Positions 56,505-63,998 of a stretch of DNA of 64,000 nt are shown piece after piece. The DNA comes from Escherichia phage phiWec179: the sequence record LC739533.1; one strand, given 5' to 3'. Under the pieces are notes generated by a model that was not told where the DNA came from, did no database searches, and saw only the letters and a list, made by a program, of their open reading frames with translations. A program made the translations under genes and the position numbers. Position 1 is the stretch's first letter. Each line of letters begins with the position of its first letter.

Positions 56505-56726
56505 TCATTTTTCTACTATCATTTGATAACCTGTTTCAAGGTTAGTAAACACCGTGATCCCGTCCTGGCGTTCACTCATAAGCAAGCAAGGCGCTAACAT
56601 CCTTCCTACTTCCTTGCACTCGTTATAAGCGGCGGTAATGTCTCCCGCTGCTTTGTCTTCTGTGGTGAATGTATCGTTTACGTAAACTTTACCAGCGACA
56701 ACGGCGACAATAGCAAAAGTGATCAT
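56505..56726 (-). CDS. hypothetical protein
   Basis: Start at ATG 56726. Confidence 0.5.
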   Translation of the reverse strand: MITFAIVAVVAGKVYVNDTFTTEDKAAGDITAAYNECKEVGRMLAPCLLMSERQDGITVFTNLETGYQMIVEK

Positions 56727-56804
56727 GATGTTTTCCTCTTTGTGTTTTTCGTTTTGATTAGTTGATAATACAGCAATTCGCAGATTAGTCTTTAGCAATT
56801 CATG

Positions 56805-57023
56805 CTATTTACTCACAACAGTATCGAAAACAAATTTTTCTTTGTTGTCGAAGCTAACATATCCGATTCGACCACGCAAGCCGCCAGTAGTGCCGTATTC
56901 GTAACCATCAAGGCCTTTAACCTTCCAATCCGTACCCATTAAAACCGCATTATATTTCTGACCAACTACAAACGCGCCACCAGTTGATTCAATGCAAACA
57001 ACTTTAATTTTACGGATTGCCAT
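56805..57023 (-). CDS. hypothetical protein
   Basis: 72-aa ORF. Confidence 0.5.
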   Translation of the reverse strand: MAIRKIKVVCIESTGGAFVVGQKYNAVLMGTDWKVKGLDGYEYGTTGGLRGRIGYVSFDNKEKFVFDTVVSK

Positions 57024-57101
57024 TTTCTTTCTCTCTTTGTGGTGATTGGTTTCTCTTCTCTATAGCGCCCATTATAAGGCGCTATAACGAAAAGTCAACG
57101 A

Positions 57102-57269
57102 TTATTTTTTACGGCTTAAGGTGCCCAAGTTATCAGCGTGACGCAGACCAGGGAAGATCCAAGCGCCGGATTCATCTTTTACAGGTGCCTTAACACTTGC
57201 GCCCAGGTTGGCGGCGTTAACTTTACGTGCTACGTTGCGAGCGGCTTCACGGGTAGTAAAAGTAATCAT
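57102..57269 (-). CDS. small protein (55 aa)
   Basis: Not in track; follows leader cassette. Confidence 0.4.
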   Translation of the reverse strand: MITFTTREAARNVARKVNAANLGASVKAPVKDESGAWIFPGLRHADNLGTLSRKK

Positions 57270-57511
57270 GATGTTTTCCTCTTCTCTTTGTTAGGCGGTG
57301 GACCATTCCGCCGCCTTGATGTAATACAGTTTACTCTATTTTTATTTCTTTGCAACTACTTTTATATTTTCTTTCTTTGCCTCTTCCACCTGGTCCGCCC
57401 ACTGCTTACCCCACGTTTGAGCGTTATAGTGATATTGACAAAGAGCAACACCACGTTTTAAACCAGCGATAGACTTTTTACCACATTGACAAGTTTTCAT
57501 TTTGTGATCCC

Positions 57512-57724
57512 TTAGTTGATGATAGTCAGTGTAAAATTATAATCACCATTCTTATATAACACCATATTACCGAAGGTGCCGACTCGACGCATATCCATAC
57601 GGATACCTATAACATCTTTAACGTCTTTAATGTTTTTAACGCCCGTGATATCTTTATTAAAATATTCCTCGTCTGAAAATAAAACTTGACTTGCATTTTT
57701 TAACAGTGTGCGGATATTAGCCAT
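57512..57724 (-). CDS. hypothetical protein
   Basis: 70-aa ORF. Confidence 0.5.
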   Translation of the reverse strand: MANIRTLLKNASQVLFSDEEYFNKDITGVKNIKDVKDVIGIRMDMRRVGTFGNMVLYKNGDYNFTLTIIN

Positions 57725-57749
57725 CGTGATAATCTCTCTTCTGTTGTGA

Positions 57750-57807
57750 GCGGCACCATTGCCGCCCTACGTAATACAGTTTACTCTTTTTCTTTCCGGT
57801 GTCAACA
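57750..57807 (-). promoter_or_regulatory. promoter-leader cassette (TTGACA-18-TAAACT then GCGGC-accatt-GCCGCC hairpin)
   Basis: Conserved gtgagcggcaccattgccgccctacgtaatacagtttac block. Confidence 0.5.
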
Positions 57808-57813
57808 ATCTTT

Positions 57814-58041
57814 TTAGATTAATTCGTCCAGGCATAACAGGCGATCAACGTTGAGATCGGTCAGGCTGATGGTTGGCACCTGATAAGATTCGATGTACTC
57901 GACGCTTGCATATTCCCCAAAGTTAGCAATAGCCCACTTATTCAAGATCTCACATACATCATTAATCTTTTTGTTTGTTACAACTGCAATAACCTGGGAA
58001 GTGCCAACGGTGCCGGATACGCGAACAATATTGATAGCCAT
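57814..58041 (-). CDS. hypothetical protein
   Basis: 75-aa ORF. Confidence 0.5.
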   Translation of the reverse strand: MAINIVRVSGTVGTSQVIAVVTNKKINDVCEILNKWAIANFGEYASVEYIESYQVPTISLTDLNVDRLLCLDELI

Positions 58042-58060
58042 GATTTTTCTCTCTTCTGTT

Positions 58061-58118
58061 AGGCGGGGCGCTTGTCGCCCCTATGTGATACATCTTACAC
58101 TAATTTAAAACTTTGTCA
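58061..58118 (-). promoter_or_regulatory. promoter-leader cassette (hairpin variant GGGGCG-cttgt-CGCCCC)
   Basis: Near-identical to the copy at 54266. Confidence 0.5.
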
Positions 58119-58214
58119 AATTATTTTCTATTTCTTCCGTAATAGCCCAATTTATGATCTAAGCTAAAACGTTTTGTGAGATAGGTCGAACGATGTTTCA
58201 TTTTTATGTCTCCT

Positions 58215-58454
58215 TTACATTCCAACCATAGCGGCGCGGATCGCGGTAGTGCTATACTTGAAACCGTCTGGAGTTTTATCTTGTCCAGTCTGTTCCAGAA
58301 AGAGCATCATATCACGCGCCGCATCGTTACGGTTAGAATTATAACTAATAAATTCTTTCGCGGTGCGGTATAATGATTCATCGTTATTAATCCAAAGGCT
58401 TACATTCCAATGAGTTTTGTTTTTGTGACCTAAGAACATTTTTGATTTAGCCAT
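58215..58454 (-). CDS. hypothetical protein
   Basis: 79-aa ORF. Confidence 0.5.
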   Translation of the reverse strand: MAKSKMFLGHKNKTHWNVSLWINNDESLYRTAKEFISYNSNRNDAARDMMLFLEQTGQDKTPDGFKYSTTAIRAAMVGM

Positions 58455-58543
58455 GATGTTAATCTCTTTTTCAGTGAGGCGGGAACTATTCCCGCGCCCT
58501 ATGTAATACAGTTTACTCTTTTTATTCGTGCTGTCAATGCTTT

Positions 58544-58897
58544 TTATAAATCTTTTTTACGTTTTACATCGCTTGCATGACTGTATACAGCGATCCCATT
58601 ATCACGACAAAAACGGGTAAGGTATGATCCGCGTGAAAACTCTTTCCCTTCCAGGTCAACAACCTTGCTAAATTCTTCCAGGGCAACGGTATCAAAATGA
58701 TCACCATAACCATATTGAAACGGCACGTTAACAACTTCAATCAATTTACCGCCGATCTCAACGTCCACGCTTAAAGAAAAATATGTGTTACCGTAGGACT
58801 GTTGAAACCAGCGACGGGCGCTAATGTGAACGGCTTCAATCTCACCAATTTTAAATTGAGTGTTACCCAGGATCGCAACGTTGATATTTTTAGCCAT
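58544..58897 (-). CDS. hypothetical protein
   Basis: 117-aa ORF. Confidence 0.6.
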   Translation of the reverse strand: MAKNINVAILGNTQFKIGEIEAVHISARRWFQQSYGNTYFSLSVDVEIGGKLIEVVNVPFQYGYGDHFDTVALEEFSKVVDLEGKEFSRGSYLTRFCRDNGIAVYSHASDVKRKKDL

Positions 58898-58993
58898 GAT
58901 TTTTTCTCTCTTTTTGGTTAGTGGGAAGTGTTCCCGATAAAAGTTATTATGCTTATACTATCGTTTTTTGTCAATAGTATAAGACTAAAACTT

Positions 58994-59173
58994 TTAACGA
59001 TAATCATCGTAGGCTTTATTAACCTGGCGAATATAACATTCGAAAGCGAGATCAATAGAATCATATTCCCGCACATAATCCCCGTAAGAAACTACATACA
59101 CACCTTTTTGATCCTCAAACGTCATGATGATAGAATCCAGGCCGATGATTTCAGTTTTAGCGATGATAGTCAT
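58994..59173 (-). CDS. small protein (59 aa)
   Basis: Not in track; follows leader cassette at 59190-59250. Confidence 0.45.
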   Translation of the reverse strand: MTIIAKTEIIGLDSIIMTFEDQKGVYVVSYGDYVREYDSIDLAFECYIRQVNKAYDDYR

Positions 59174-59261
59174 AATAATAACCTTTTTATTGTTGGCGGC
59201 ACCATTGCCGCCCTACGTGATAAACTATACCAGAATTTTAAACAGTGTCAAACGTTTTTTC

Positions 59262-59507
59262 TTAGTTTGCGAAATATGGCGCGGCGGCTGATGCCGTTAA
59301 TCTCCAAGTGATTTGGCTATCGATCAAGTATTCTTCATTCTTGATCCGCACGGTATCAATCGAGAAGTTACTGAAAGGCTTGCTCTTGATTTTACGAACA
59401 ACCGTTACACGACGGTTATTTTTCATCTCTTTTAACTGAATCCAGGCGTAACCTTTTTCATTGACAAATATTTCATTGTGATTGGTGATAGATGATAAGT
59501 GTTTCAT
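59262..59507 (-). CDS. hypothetical protein
   Basis: 81-aa ORF. Confidence 0.5.
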   Translation of the reverse strand: MKHLSSITNHNEIFVNEKGYAWIQLKEMKNNRRVTVVRKIKSKPFSNFSIDTVRIKNEEYLIDSQITWRLTASAAAPYFAN

Positions 59508-59530
59508 GATTTTTCTCTCTTCTGTTTTGA

Positions 59531-59589
59531 GCGGTGGACCATTCCGCCGCCCTATGTGTTACATCTTACTACTTTTTTAAACATTGTCA
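59531..59589 (-). promoter_or_regulatory. promoter-leader cassette (hairpin variant GCGGtGG-accatt-CCgCCGC)
   Basis: gagcggtggaccattccgccgccctatgtgttacatcttac block with TTGACA on minus strand. Confidence 0.5.
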
Positions 59590-59598
59590 AGGATATTT

Positions 59599-59880
59599 TT
59601 AACTATATGATCCACATCGTTCGCAGTAGTGATCATCGTCGTCATCTGCTACCTGGCTGATAAAATGATCTACCTTTGCTTTCAAATTATTATAATTGCT
59701 TTCTACTTCCTGTAGTCGTCGTTGGTAGTATTCCAGGGCTTGCACATAGGCCATTTGTTCGGTTTTAGCTTGCATAGCTAAATTCATGCCACGCGTTTCA
59801 TCGTATAACCAATAACCATCATTACATTCACTAATAGATAGTGTAGGGCTTAGTTTTTCGTGACGGATAACCTTGCTCAT
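59599..59880 (-). CDS. hypothetical protein
   Basis: 93 aa; C-terminal CERCGSYS. Confidence 0.5.
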   Translation of the reverse strand: MSKVIRHEKLSPTLSISECNDGYWLYDETRGMNLAMQAKTEQMAYVQALEYYQRRLQEVESNYNNLKAKVDHFISQVADDDDDHYCERCGSYS

Positions 59881-59890
59881 AGTGTGCCCC

Positions 59891-60124
59891 TTACTTCAAA
59901 ATGATTGTTGTGATAACTGCTACGGTGATCCAGAATGGAACAACTAAGATAATAGCGTTAATCGTTCCAACTGTCAAACTATTTTCTTTCTTGATCATCA
60001 TGTTTTCCTTACAGTGTCCAAAGAATGATTTCAAGTGCAGCACGGAAACCAGGAATAAAATTGATTGCAAAAAACAGGGAAGTAGTAAACATTTTTCTAT
60101 CCTTTCAGTTGTGAGCGGCACCAT
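59891..60124 (-). CDS. small hydrophobic membrane protein(s)
   Basis: The track ORF may be two short hydrophobic peptides; exact start unclear. Confidence 0.35.
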   Translation of the reverse strand: MVPLTTERIEKCLLLPCFLQSILFLVSVLHLKSFFGHCKENMMIKKENSLTVGTINAIILVVPFWITVAVITTIILK

Positions 60125-60170
60125 TGCCGCCTGATGAGTTAACTATAAGGGATCACGTTTTACCTGTCAA
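60115..60170 (-). promoter_or_regulatory. promoter-leader cassette
   Basis: gtgagcggcaccattgccgcc with TTGACA on minus strand at about 60170. Confidence 0.45.
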
Positions 60171-60724
60171 CCTAAATCATCAAAATAAAGATAATTTTTT
60201 TCGGCTTCTTTCTTCTCTTCCTGTGATGCCTCAAAGACTGGGAGAAAGTGATCAAAGGCGACGCACTCAACCGCTTGATCGTCTTCCTCTTCCTGGTCTT
60301 CCTCCTGGGCTATGGCTGCAATTTTGGCTAATTTCCTTTCAGCCTGGATCAGCTTACCATCTAAAACGCTTTTAGCGGTGCTGTACGCCGTCCAAGTGAT
60401 GCGCTTACTTTCCAGCGCGGCATCAAGCGCCGCTATCTTGCTGGGGTATTCATCCAGGACACGAAAAGCCGGATCTACCTTGTACAGCGGATTATCTTTC
60501 GCGCCGTCGCTATCATCTGCGGCGCTTGCAATGTCAGCGTTACCATTCGCCAGCCAACCAGGGCGATCGCTGCGTGTTTTGGTATTCCCATGACTACGCG
60601 CCGATCTGTTGCCTACTTGCTCGCCACTATAGCCAGGAGCATGATCGATCATGTCGTCCGGTATAATGCGCGGATCATTAACGTCATGTTTTACCCAGGA
60701 CTGGATCACATATTCGCGCCCCAT
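60167..60724 (-). CDS. hypothetical protein
   Basis: 185 aa, largest protein in the array; RBS aaagggg. Confidence 0.6.
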   Translation of the reverse strand: MGREYVIQSWVKHDVNDPRIIPDDMIDHAPGYSGEQVGNRSARSHGNTKTRSDRPGWLANGNADIASAADDSDGAKDNPLYKVDPAFRVLDEYPSKIAALDAALESKRITWTAYSTAKSVLDGKLIQAERKLAKIAAIAQEEDQEEEDDQAVECVAFDHFLPVFEASQEEKKEAEKNYLYFDDLG

Positions 60725-60984
60725 TATACACCCCTTTTAACAATCATTTCACACACAAGAAATAAGCTGGCGGAATCACGGCAAGGATAGAAAGATGTAC
60801 GATAATCTCTCACCCCTGCTTTTATGATCTCCGTGGTTTTACCTGATAGCACATTGTAAATAGTGTAACTTGTCGGACTGTTTTTATATACCTTGCCAGG
60901 GTAGATCATAACATAACGAGCAAGGTTATAAAATTCCTCGTTACGAAAGGCTATGATCTTCCCGCATACCTTAAGAAAGTGCAC
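60724..60984 (-). CDS. hypothetical protein
   Basis: Probable GTG start with RBS aaggggg. Confidence 0.45.
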   Translation of the reverse strand: MHFLKVCGKIIAFRNEEFYNLARYVMIYPGKVYKNSPTSYTIYNVLSGKTTEIIKAGVRDYRTSFYPCRDSASLFLVCEMIVKRGV

Positions 60985-60994
60985 GTTAGCCCCC

Positions 60995-61267
60995 TTACAG
61001 CAAAAAGTTTACTTGTCTTGCTGTTAATGTAGTATCAACCATTTTCGGGCTTTTATAATTGACAAAACGCGCGGTTTTTTCAATAGCGAAGCCGAGATAA
61101 TCTTGTTTGTTGAAATTACATTCTTTCTTAAATGTTTCCCGTGCAATGGCGATCGCTGCGTCCAGGGATAAACGCCCGTCAATATTGATATTTGCGAAAG
61201 ATCCGCCACCGCTCATAGGTTTACCAGTGGTGCCCGTTACGATCATTGTTGCGCTATATGATGCCAT
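60995..61267 (-). CDS. hypothetical protein
   Basis: Start at ATG 61267 after the leader cassette. Confidence 0.5.
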   Translation of the reverse strand: MASYSATMIVTGTTGKPMSGGGSFANINIDGRLSLDAAIAIARETFKKECNFNKQDYLGFAIEKTARFVNYKSPKMVDTTLTARQVNFLL

Positions 61268-61357
61268 GATGATAATCTCTCTTAGTTGTGAGCGGTGGAC
61301 CATTCCGCCGCTCTACGTGATACATCTTATCAGGTTGTTGCCTGTTGTCAATACTTT

Positions 61358-61555
61358 TTATTCAAGCCCTACGATATGTAAGACACGGCGATTAGCAATA
61401 GCGTGCTGGTCTTCTGTTATAACGCCCATTTCTACCAGTGAATCAAGAAAGGAAAGCACCGTGATATATTCGTCATCGGGTACACTCATTTCATTAGTAC
61501 CGTTTACCACTACGTTGATTTGTCCTGCTTTCGCTACAATGTGCAATGTTGCCAT
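61358..61555 (-). CDS. hypothetical protein
   Basis: 65-aa ORF, first gene of the array. Confidence 0.5.
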   Translation of the reverse strand: MATLHIVAKAGQINVVVNGTNEMSVPDDEYITVLSFLDSLVEMGVITEDQHAIANRRVLHIVGLE

Positions 61556-61829
61556 GATCTTAACTCCAGGTGATGAATGATGTTTTTTGTTGGTTGACGG
61601 TGGATTATGGAGATCCTCACCTTTGCCCGTCCTGCATTGCGCCCTCCTGTTGTTTATTGTCGTTGTGCCTCGCCCCCCTCGACAAGATTAATACTACGCT
61701 ACCAGGTGCGGAACGTCAACGACTTTTTCAATCTTTTTTATTTTCTTTTTGCTTGCTATATATAAAGGAAAGGGCTATCATCTTTCTACCGCGCCAACCA
61801 GGGCGCACAACAGAAGAAAGGGCGACACC

Positions 61830-62096
61830 ATGACAACTACTACATTACACCTTATGCACTCGTTAGGCTGGCAAGGCGGCACGGTCCACCAGGTAGCAAG
61901 CGCAACGGGCTTAAAGGTTGAAACAGTTCTCAACCTGGGCGATCATAAAGTGGAAGAGATAGACCATTTTGATCCGTTCGCTGATGGTTATCTCTGGGCT
62001 TGCAGTGGCGGCGGGGAAAGCAAGATACCGCCAGCCGCGCGGGGCGATATGCATTTTTGGTTAGGTGTTCTCTCCTGGCAAGAAAACAAAAAATAA
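61830..62096 (+). CDS. hypothetical protein (isolated rightward gene)
   Basis: Start at ATG 61830; leader has GCGCC-aaccag-GGCGC hairpin followed by ACAACAGAAGAAAGGG, mirroring the minus-strand cassettes. Confidence 0.5.
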   Translation: MTTTTLHLMHSLGWQGGTVHQVASATGLKVETVLNLGDHKVEEIDHFDPFADGYLWACSGGGESKIPPAARGDMHFWLGVLSWQENKK

Positions 62097-62098
62097 TC

Positions 62099-62133
62099 TT
62101 GACAAGCCCAGGGATCGGGCTTATACTGTTTTA
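62099..62133 (+). promoter_or_regulatory. orphan sigma70-type promoter TTGACA-17-TATACT
   Basis: Consensus -35 at 62099-62104, 17-nt spacer holding an AGCCC/GGGCT inverted repeat, -10 TATACT; no downstream ORF of 60 aa or more. Confidence 0.5.
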
Positions 62134-62140
62134 CATACAG

Positions 62141-62240
62141 AAGAGGAAGCGCCACCCCACGGCGTAAAGGCGGGGCTAACATACCAGGGGCACTGGTTGG
62201 AAGGTCGATCGCCGGGAGGCTGGGCGCTATATATTTGTAA
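62141..62240 (+). ncRNA. candidate small structured RNA downstream of orphan promoter
   Basis: GC-rich, self-complementary stretches after the promoter; no credible ORF; ends uncertain. Confidence 0.25.
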
Positions 62241-62351
62241 AGAAATGTAAAGATAAAATAATCGCTTGCTTTCCTGGCTGGATCTGTTATTCTTATTACA
62301 TGGCGAGGGGACACGGGAGCGCGAGACAATCACCGGACCTGCCCGTCATTC

Positions 62352-62378
62352 TGCAAATGAGAAAAATTCTCATTTGCA
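62352..62378. promoter_or_regulatory. perfect 27-bp palindrome, operator-like
   Basis: tgcaaatgagaa aaa ttctcatttgca, 12-bp arms. Confidence 0.5.
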
Positions 62379-62405
62379 AATAAGACTCATTCGCATTTAA
62401 TAATT

Positions 62406-62438
62406 GAATGAGAATCATTCTCATTCTCATTCGTATTT
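62406..62438. promoter_or_regulatory. perfect 21-bp palindrome plus right copy of about 31-bp direct repeat
   Basis: gaatgagaat c attctcattc (62406-62426); 62407-62438 is 28/32 identical to 47871-47902. Confidence 0.5.
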
Positions 62439-62448
62439 CGATTTTAAG

Positions 62449-62463
62449 TGAGAATAATTCTCA
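62449..62463. promoter_or_regulatory. perfect 15-bp palindrome, operator-like
   Basis: tgagaat a attctca; third site sharing the TGAGAA(T) half-site. Confidence 0.45.
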
Positions 62464-62477
62464 TTTCGGTAATTTTC

Positions 62478-62540
62478 ACGTAAACTTTAGAATTTGCTTT
62501 TCAACTTTCACTTTTGTAAAAGCAAAAAAACTTTAAATAC
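62478..62540. repeat. direct repeat copy 1 (about 62 bp)
   Basis: acgtaaactttagaattt..tcacttttgtaaa..aaactttaaata. Confidence 0.5.
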
Positions 62541-62616
62541 CTGGTGCGCGCGACTTTTTAAAAAATTTTTCTCGGTTTTTTGCTTTGAAATCTGGCCCAC
62601 CAATTTGAGATAGTGT

Positions 62617-62680
62617 ACGTAAACTTTAGAATTTGGTTTTGGATTCTCACTTTTGTAAACTCGTAAAAAGTTTAAATAAT
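62617..62680. repeat. direct repeat copy 2 (about 62 bp)
   Basis: acgtaaactttagaattt..tcacttttgtaaa..aaagtttaaata; identical 18-nt and 13-nt blocks with copy 1. Confidence 0.5.
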
Positions 62681-62808
62681 TGTAGGGATTTTGAGATAGT
62701 TTGCTTGTAAGGTTTGAGATAATCCTTCCCGAAGATGTTACGCAGCCTACAGCCTACCTGAATGCTCGTCTAACGAGATTAACTCTAAAAGATGAGTGTT
62801 GGTGTAGC

Positions 62809-62845
62809 TAAAGAGAAAAGGCTCTCTACGGTGTTGTAGGAGCCT
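62809..62845 (-). terminator. rho-independent terminator for NADAR gene
   Basis: GGCTCCTAC/GTAGAGAGCC hairpin (one bulge) with T-rich tract on minus strand. Confidence 0.5.
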
Positions 62846-62916
62846 TATTTCTGTGGCACAAAGTTGACGTATTCTTTTTAAAAACGAATTTTTTCAAAAT
62901 ATCACGAATATCGCCT

Positions 62917-63444
62917 TTATGGTATTTTGGCTGGGAACAGGATTTTAATCAGATTGTTGTGGTATTGTCCTAAAAGATTCTGCCCTTTCCAGTTGGCAGG
63001 ATTAAGCACCCCTGGTTCGTACATACCCATTCCAATTCCGTAAACCTTATCATAAGGACTCGCCTCAACGAACGTTTTGAATTGGTACAGTCGCAAGTCA
63101 GAATAAAGATCAGGGTTCTGTGTATACTTCAAGCATAAGCCTCGCATTACGATACGCTCTCGGTACTCTTCCCACATGTCATTATTAAAACCAGACACCG
63201 CTCGACCCATGCGCTTGTAGTATGCCTGTCCCTTCTCGTCGTCACGCTTCATTGAGTGATCAAGGATAGCTGCTGCGATTACCTGATCCTTGAACAGCAA
63301 AGCCTTACGCCACATCATGTATTGCTCTACACAACAGAAAGTTTCATTGTACCCTGGTTCCGTCTCTGTGAATGGTGCAATGTACCAATTGCTAAACACA
63401 TCTTTATGTGAAAAGAAGAATACATATTCATTAGTTATTCGCAT
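62917..63444 (-). CDS. NADAR-family (YbiA-like) protein, candidate ADP-ribosyl hydrolase
   Basis: FFFSHKDVFSNWY, CVEQYMMWRKALLF, KYTQNPDL, VEASPYDKVYGIGMG, KGQNLLGQ follow NADAR/DUF1768 blocks; RBS aagagg. Confidence 0.7.
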   Translation of the reverse strand: MRITNEYVFFFSHKDVFSNWYIAPFTETEPGYNETFCCVEQYMMWRKALLFKDQVIAAAILDHSMKRDDEKGQAYYKRMGRAVSGFNNDMWEEYRERIVMRGLCLKYTQNPDLYSDLRLYQFKTFVEASPYDKVYGIGMGMYEPGVLNPANWKGQNLLGQYHNNLIKILFPAKIP

Positions 63445-63619
63445 TTTTCATGCCTCTTAAGACTTCAGCTTGCCCGTCTTGAAAAGCTTTCATCAGAACT
63501 ATCTTAAGATTGACTTCCAAGCGTTCTTCATCCTCTTTATAACAATCCAACACTGCCTTAAGTTCATCATAGTGGTTCAGAATAGGTTTAAAGATTTCAT
63601 GATCTGCTAAACGTGCCAT
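63431..63619 (-). CDS. hypothetical protein
   Basis: Start at ATG 63619 (RBS aaggag). Confidence 0.45.
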   Translation of the reverse strand: MARLADHEIFKPILNHYDELKAVLDCYKEDEERLEVNLKIVLMKAFQDGQAEVLRGMKNANN

Positions 63620-63632
63620 AGTTTCTCCTTTG

Positions 63633-63998
63633 TTAGTCCATCCACCAGTAGCCATAAACTGCGTCTGCGTCGATGAGTTTGTGTTTGTTGTTCCGCATGT
63701 AGTCTAAGATAAGTAGACGTTTATTGTATCTGGAGAGATTATGACCCTCTTTTCCGCCATAGTCAAAATATTTTGCAAGACTTTTACACTCAAACAAAAT
63801 CAGTTCGGGAGTTTCTTCACATTGGTCTGTCTGGTACACTTGACGGATGATCATGTATACGTCATCGTCTTCCGCTAAGTGCTCTACTGGTCCACACCCA
63901 GCAGGAATAAATTCATAGTCCCATCGAATCAGATGTTTCTCTACTGCTTCAAAGAAATCCATTTTTTCGCTACGCATGATCTGAACATCAATTAACAT
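63633..63998 (-). CDS. hypothetical protein (start near window edge)
   Basis: 121-aa ORF; true start may lie at internal Met or beyond the window. Confidence 0.45.
   Translation of the reverse strand: MLIDVQIMRSEKMDFFEAVEKHLIRWDYEFIPAGCGPVEHLAEDDDVYMIIRQVYQTDQCEETPELILFECKSLAKYFDYGGKEGHNLSRYNKRLLILDYMRNNKHKLIDADAVYGYWWMD

Noticed and set aside
50316-61310. GGCGGC-accatt-GCCGCC hairpins as intrinsic terminators
   Set aside because: They lie downstream of the -35/-10 elements and are not followed by a U-tract on the coding (minus) strand; AGGGCGC..GCGCCCT-type hairpins with T-tracts (for example 49012-49042) are the better terminator candidates.
62065-62250. Track ORF 62065..62250 (+), 61 aa
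   Set aside because: It starts inside the preceding gene and runs through the consensus promoter at 62099-62133; more likely non-coding.
62478-62680. Possible CRISPR array from the direct repeats
   Set aside because: Only two imperfect copies of about 62 bp separated by about 75 bp, no regular repeat-spacer periodicity and no cas genes nearby.
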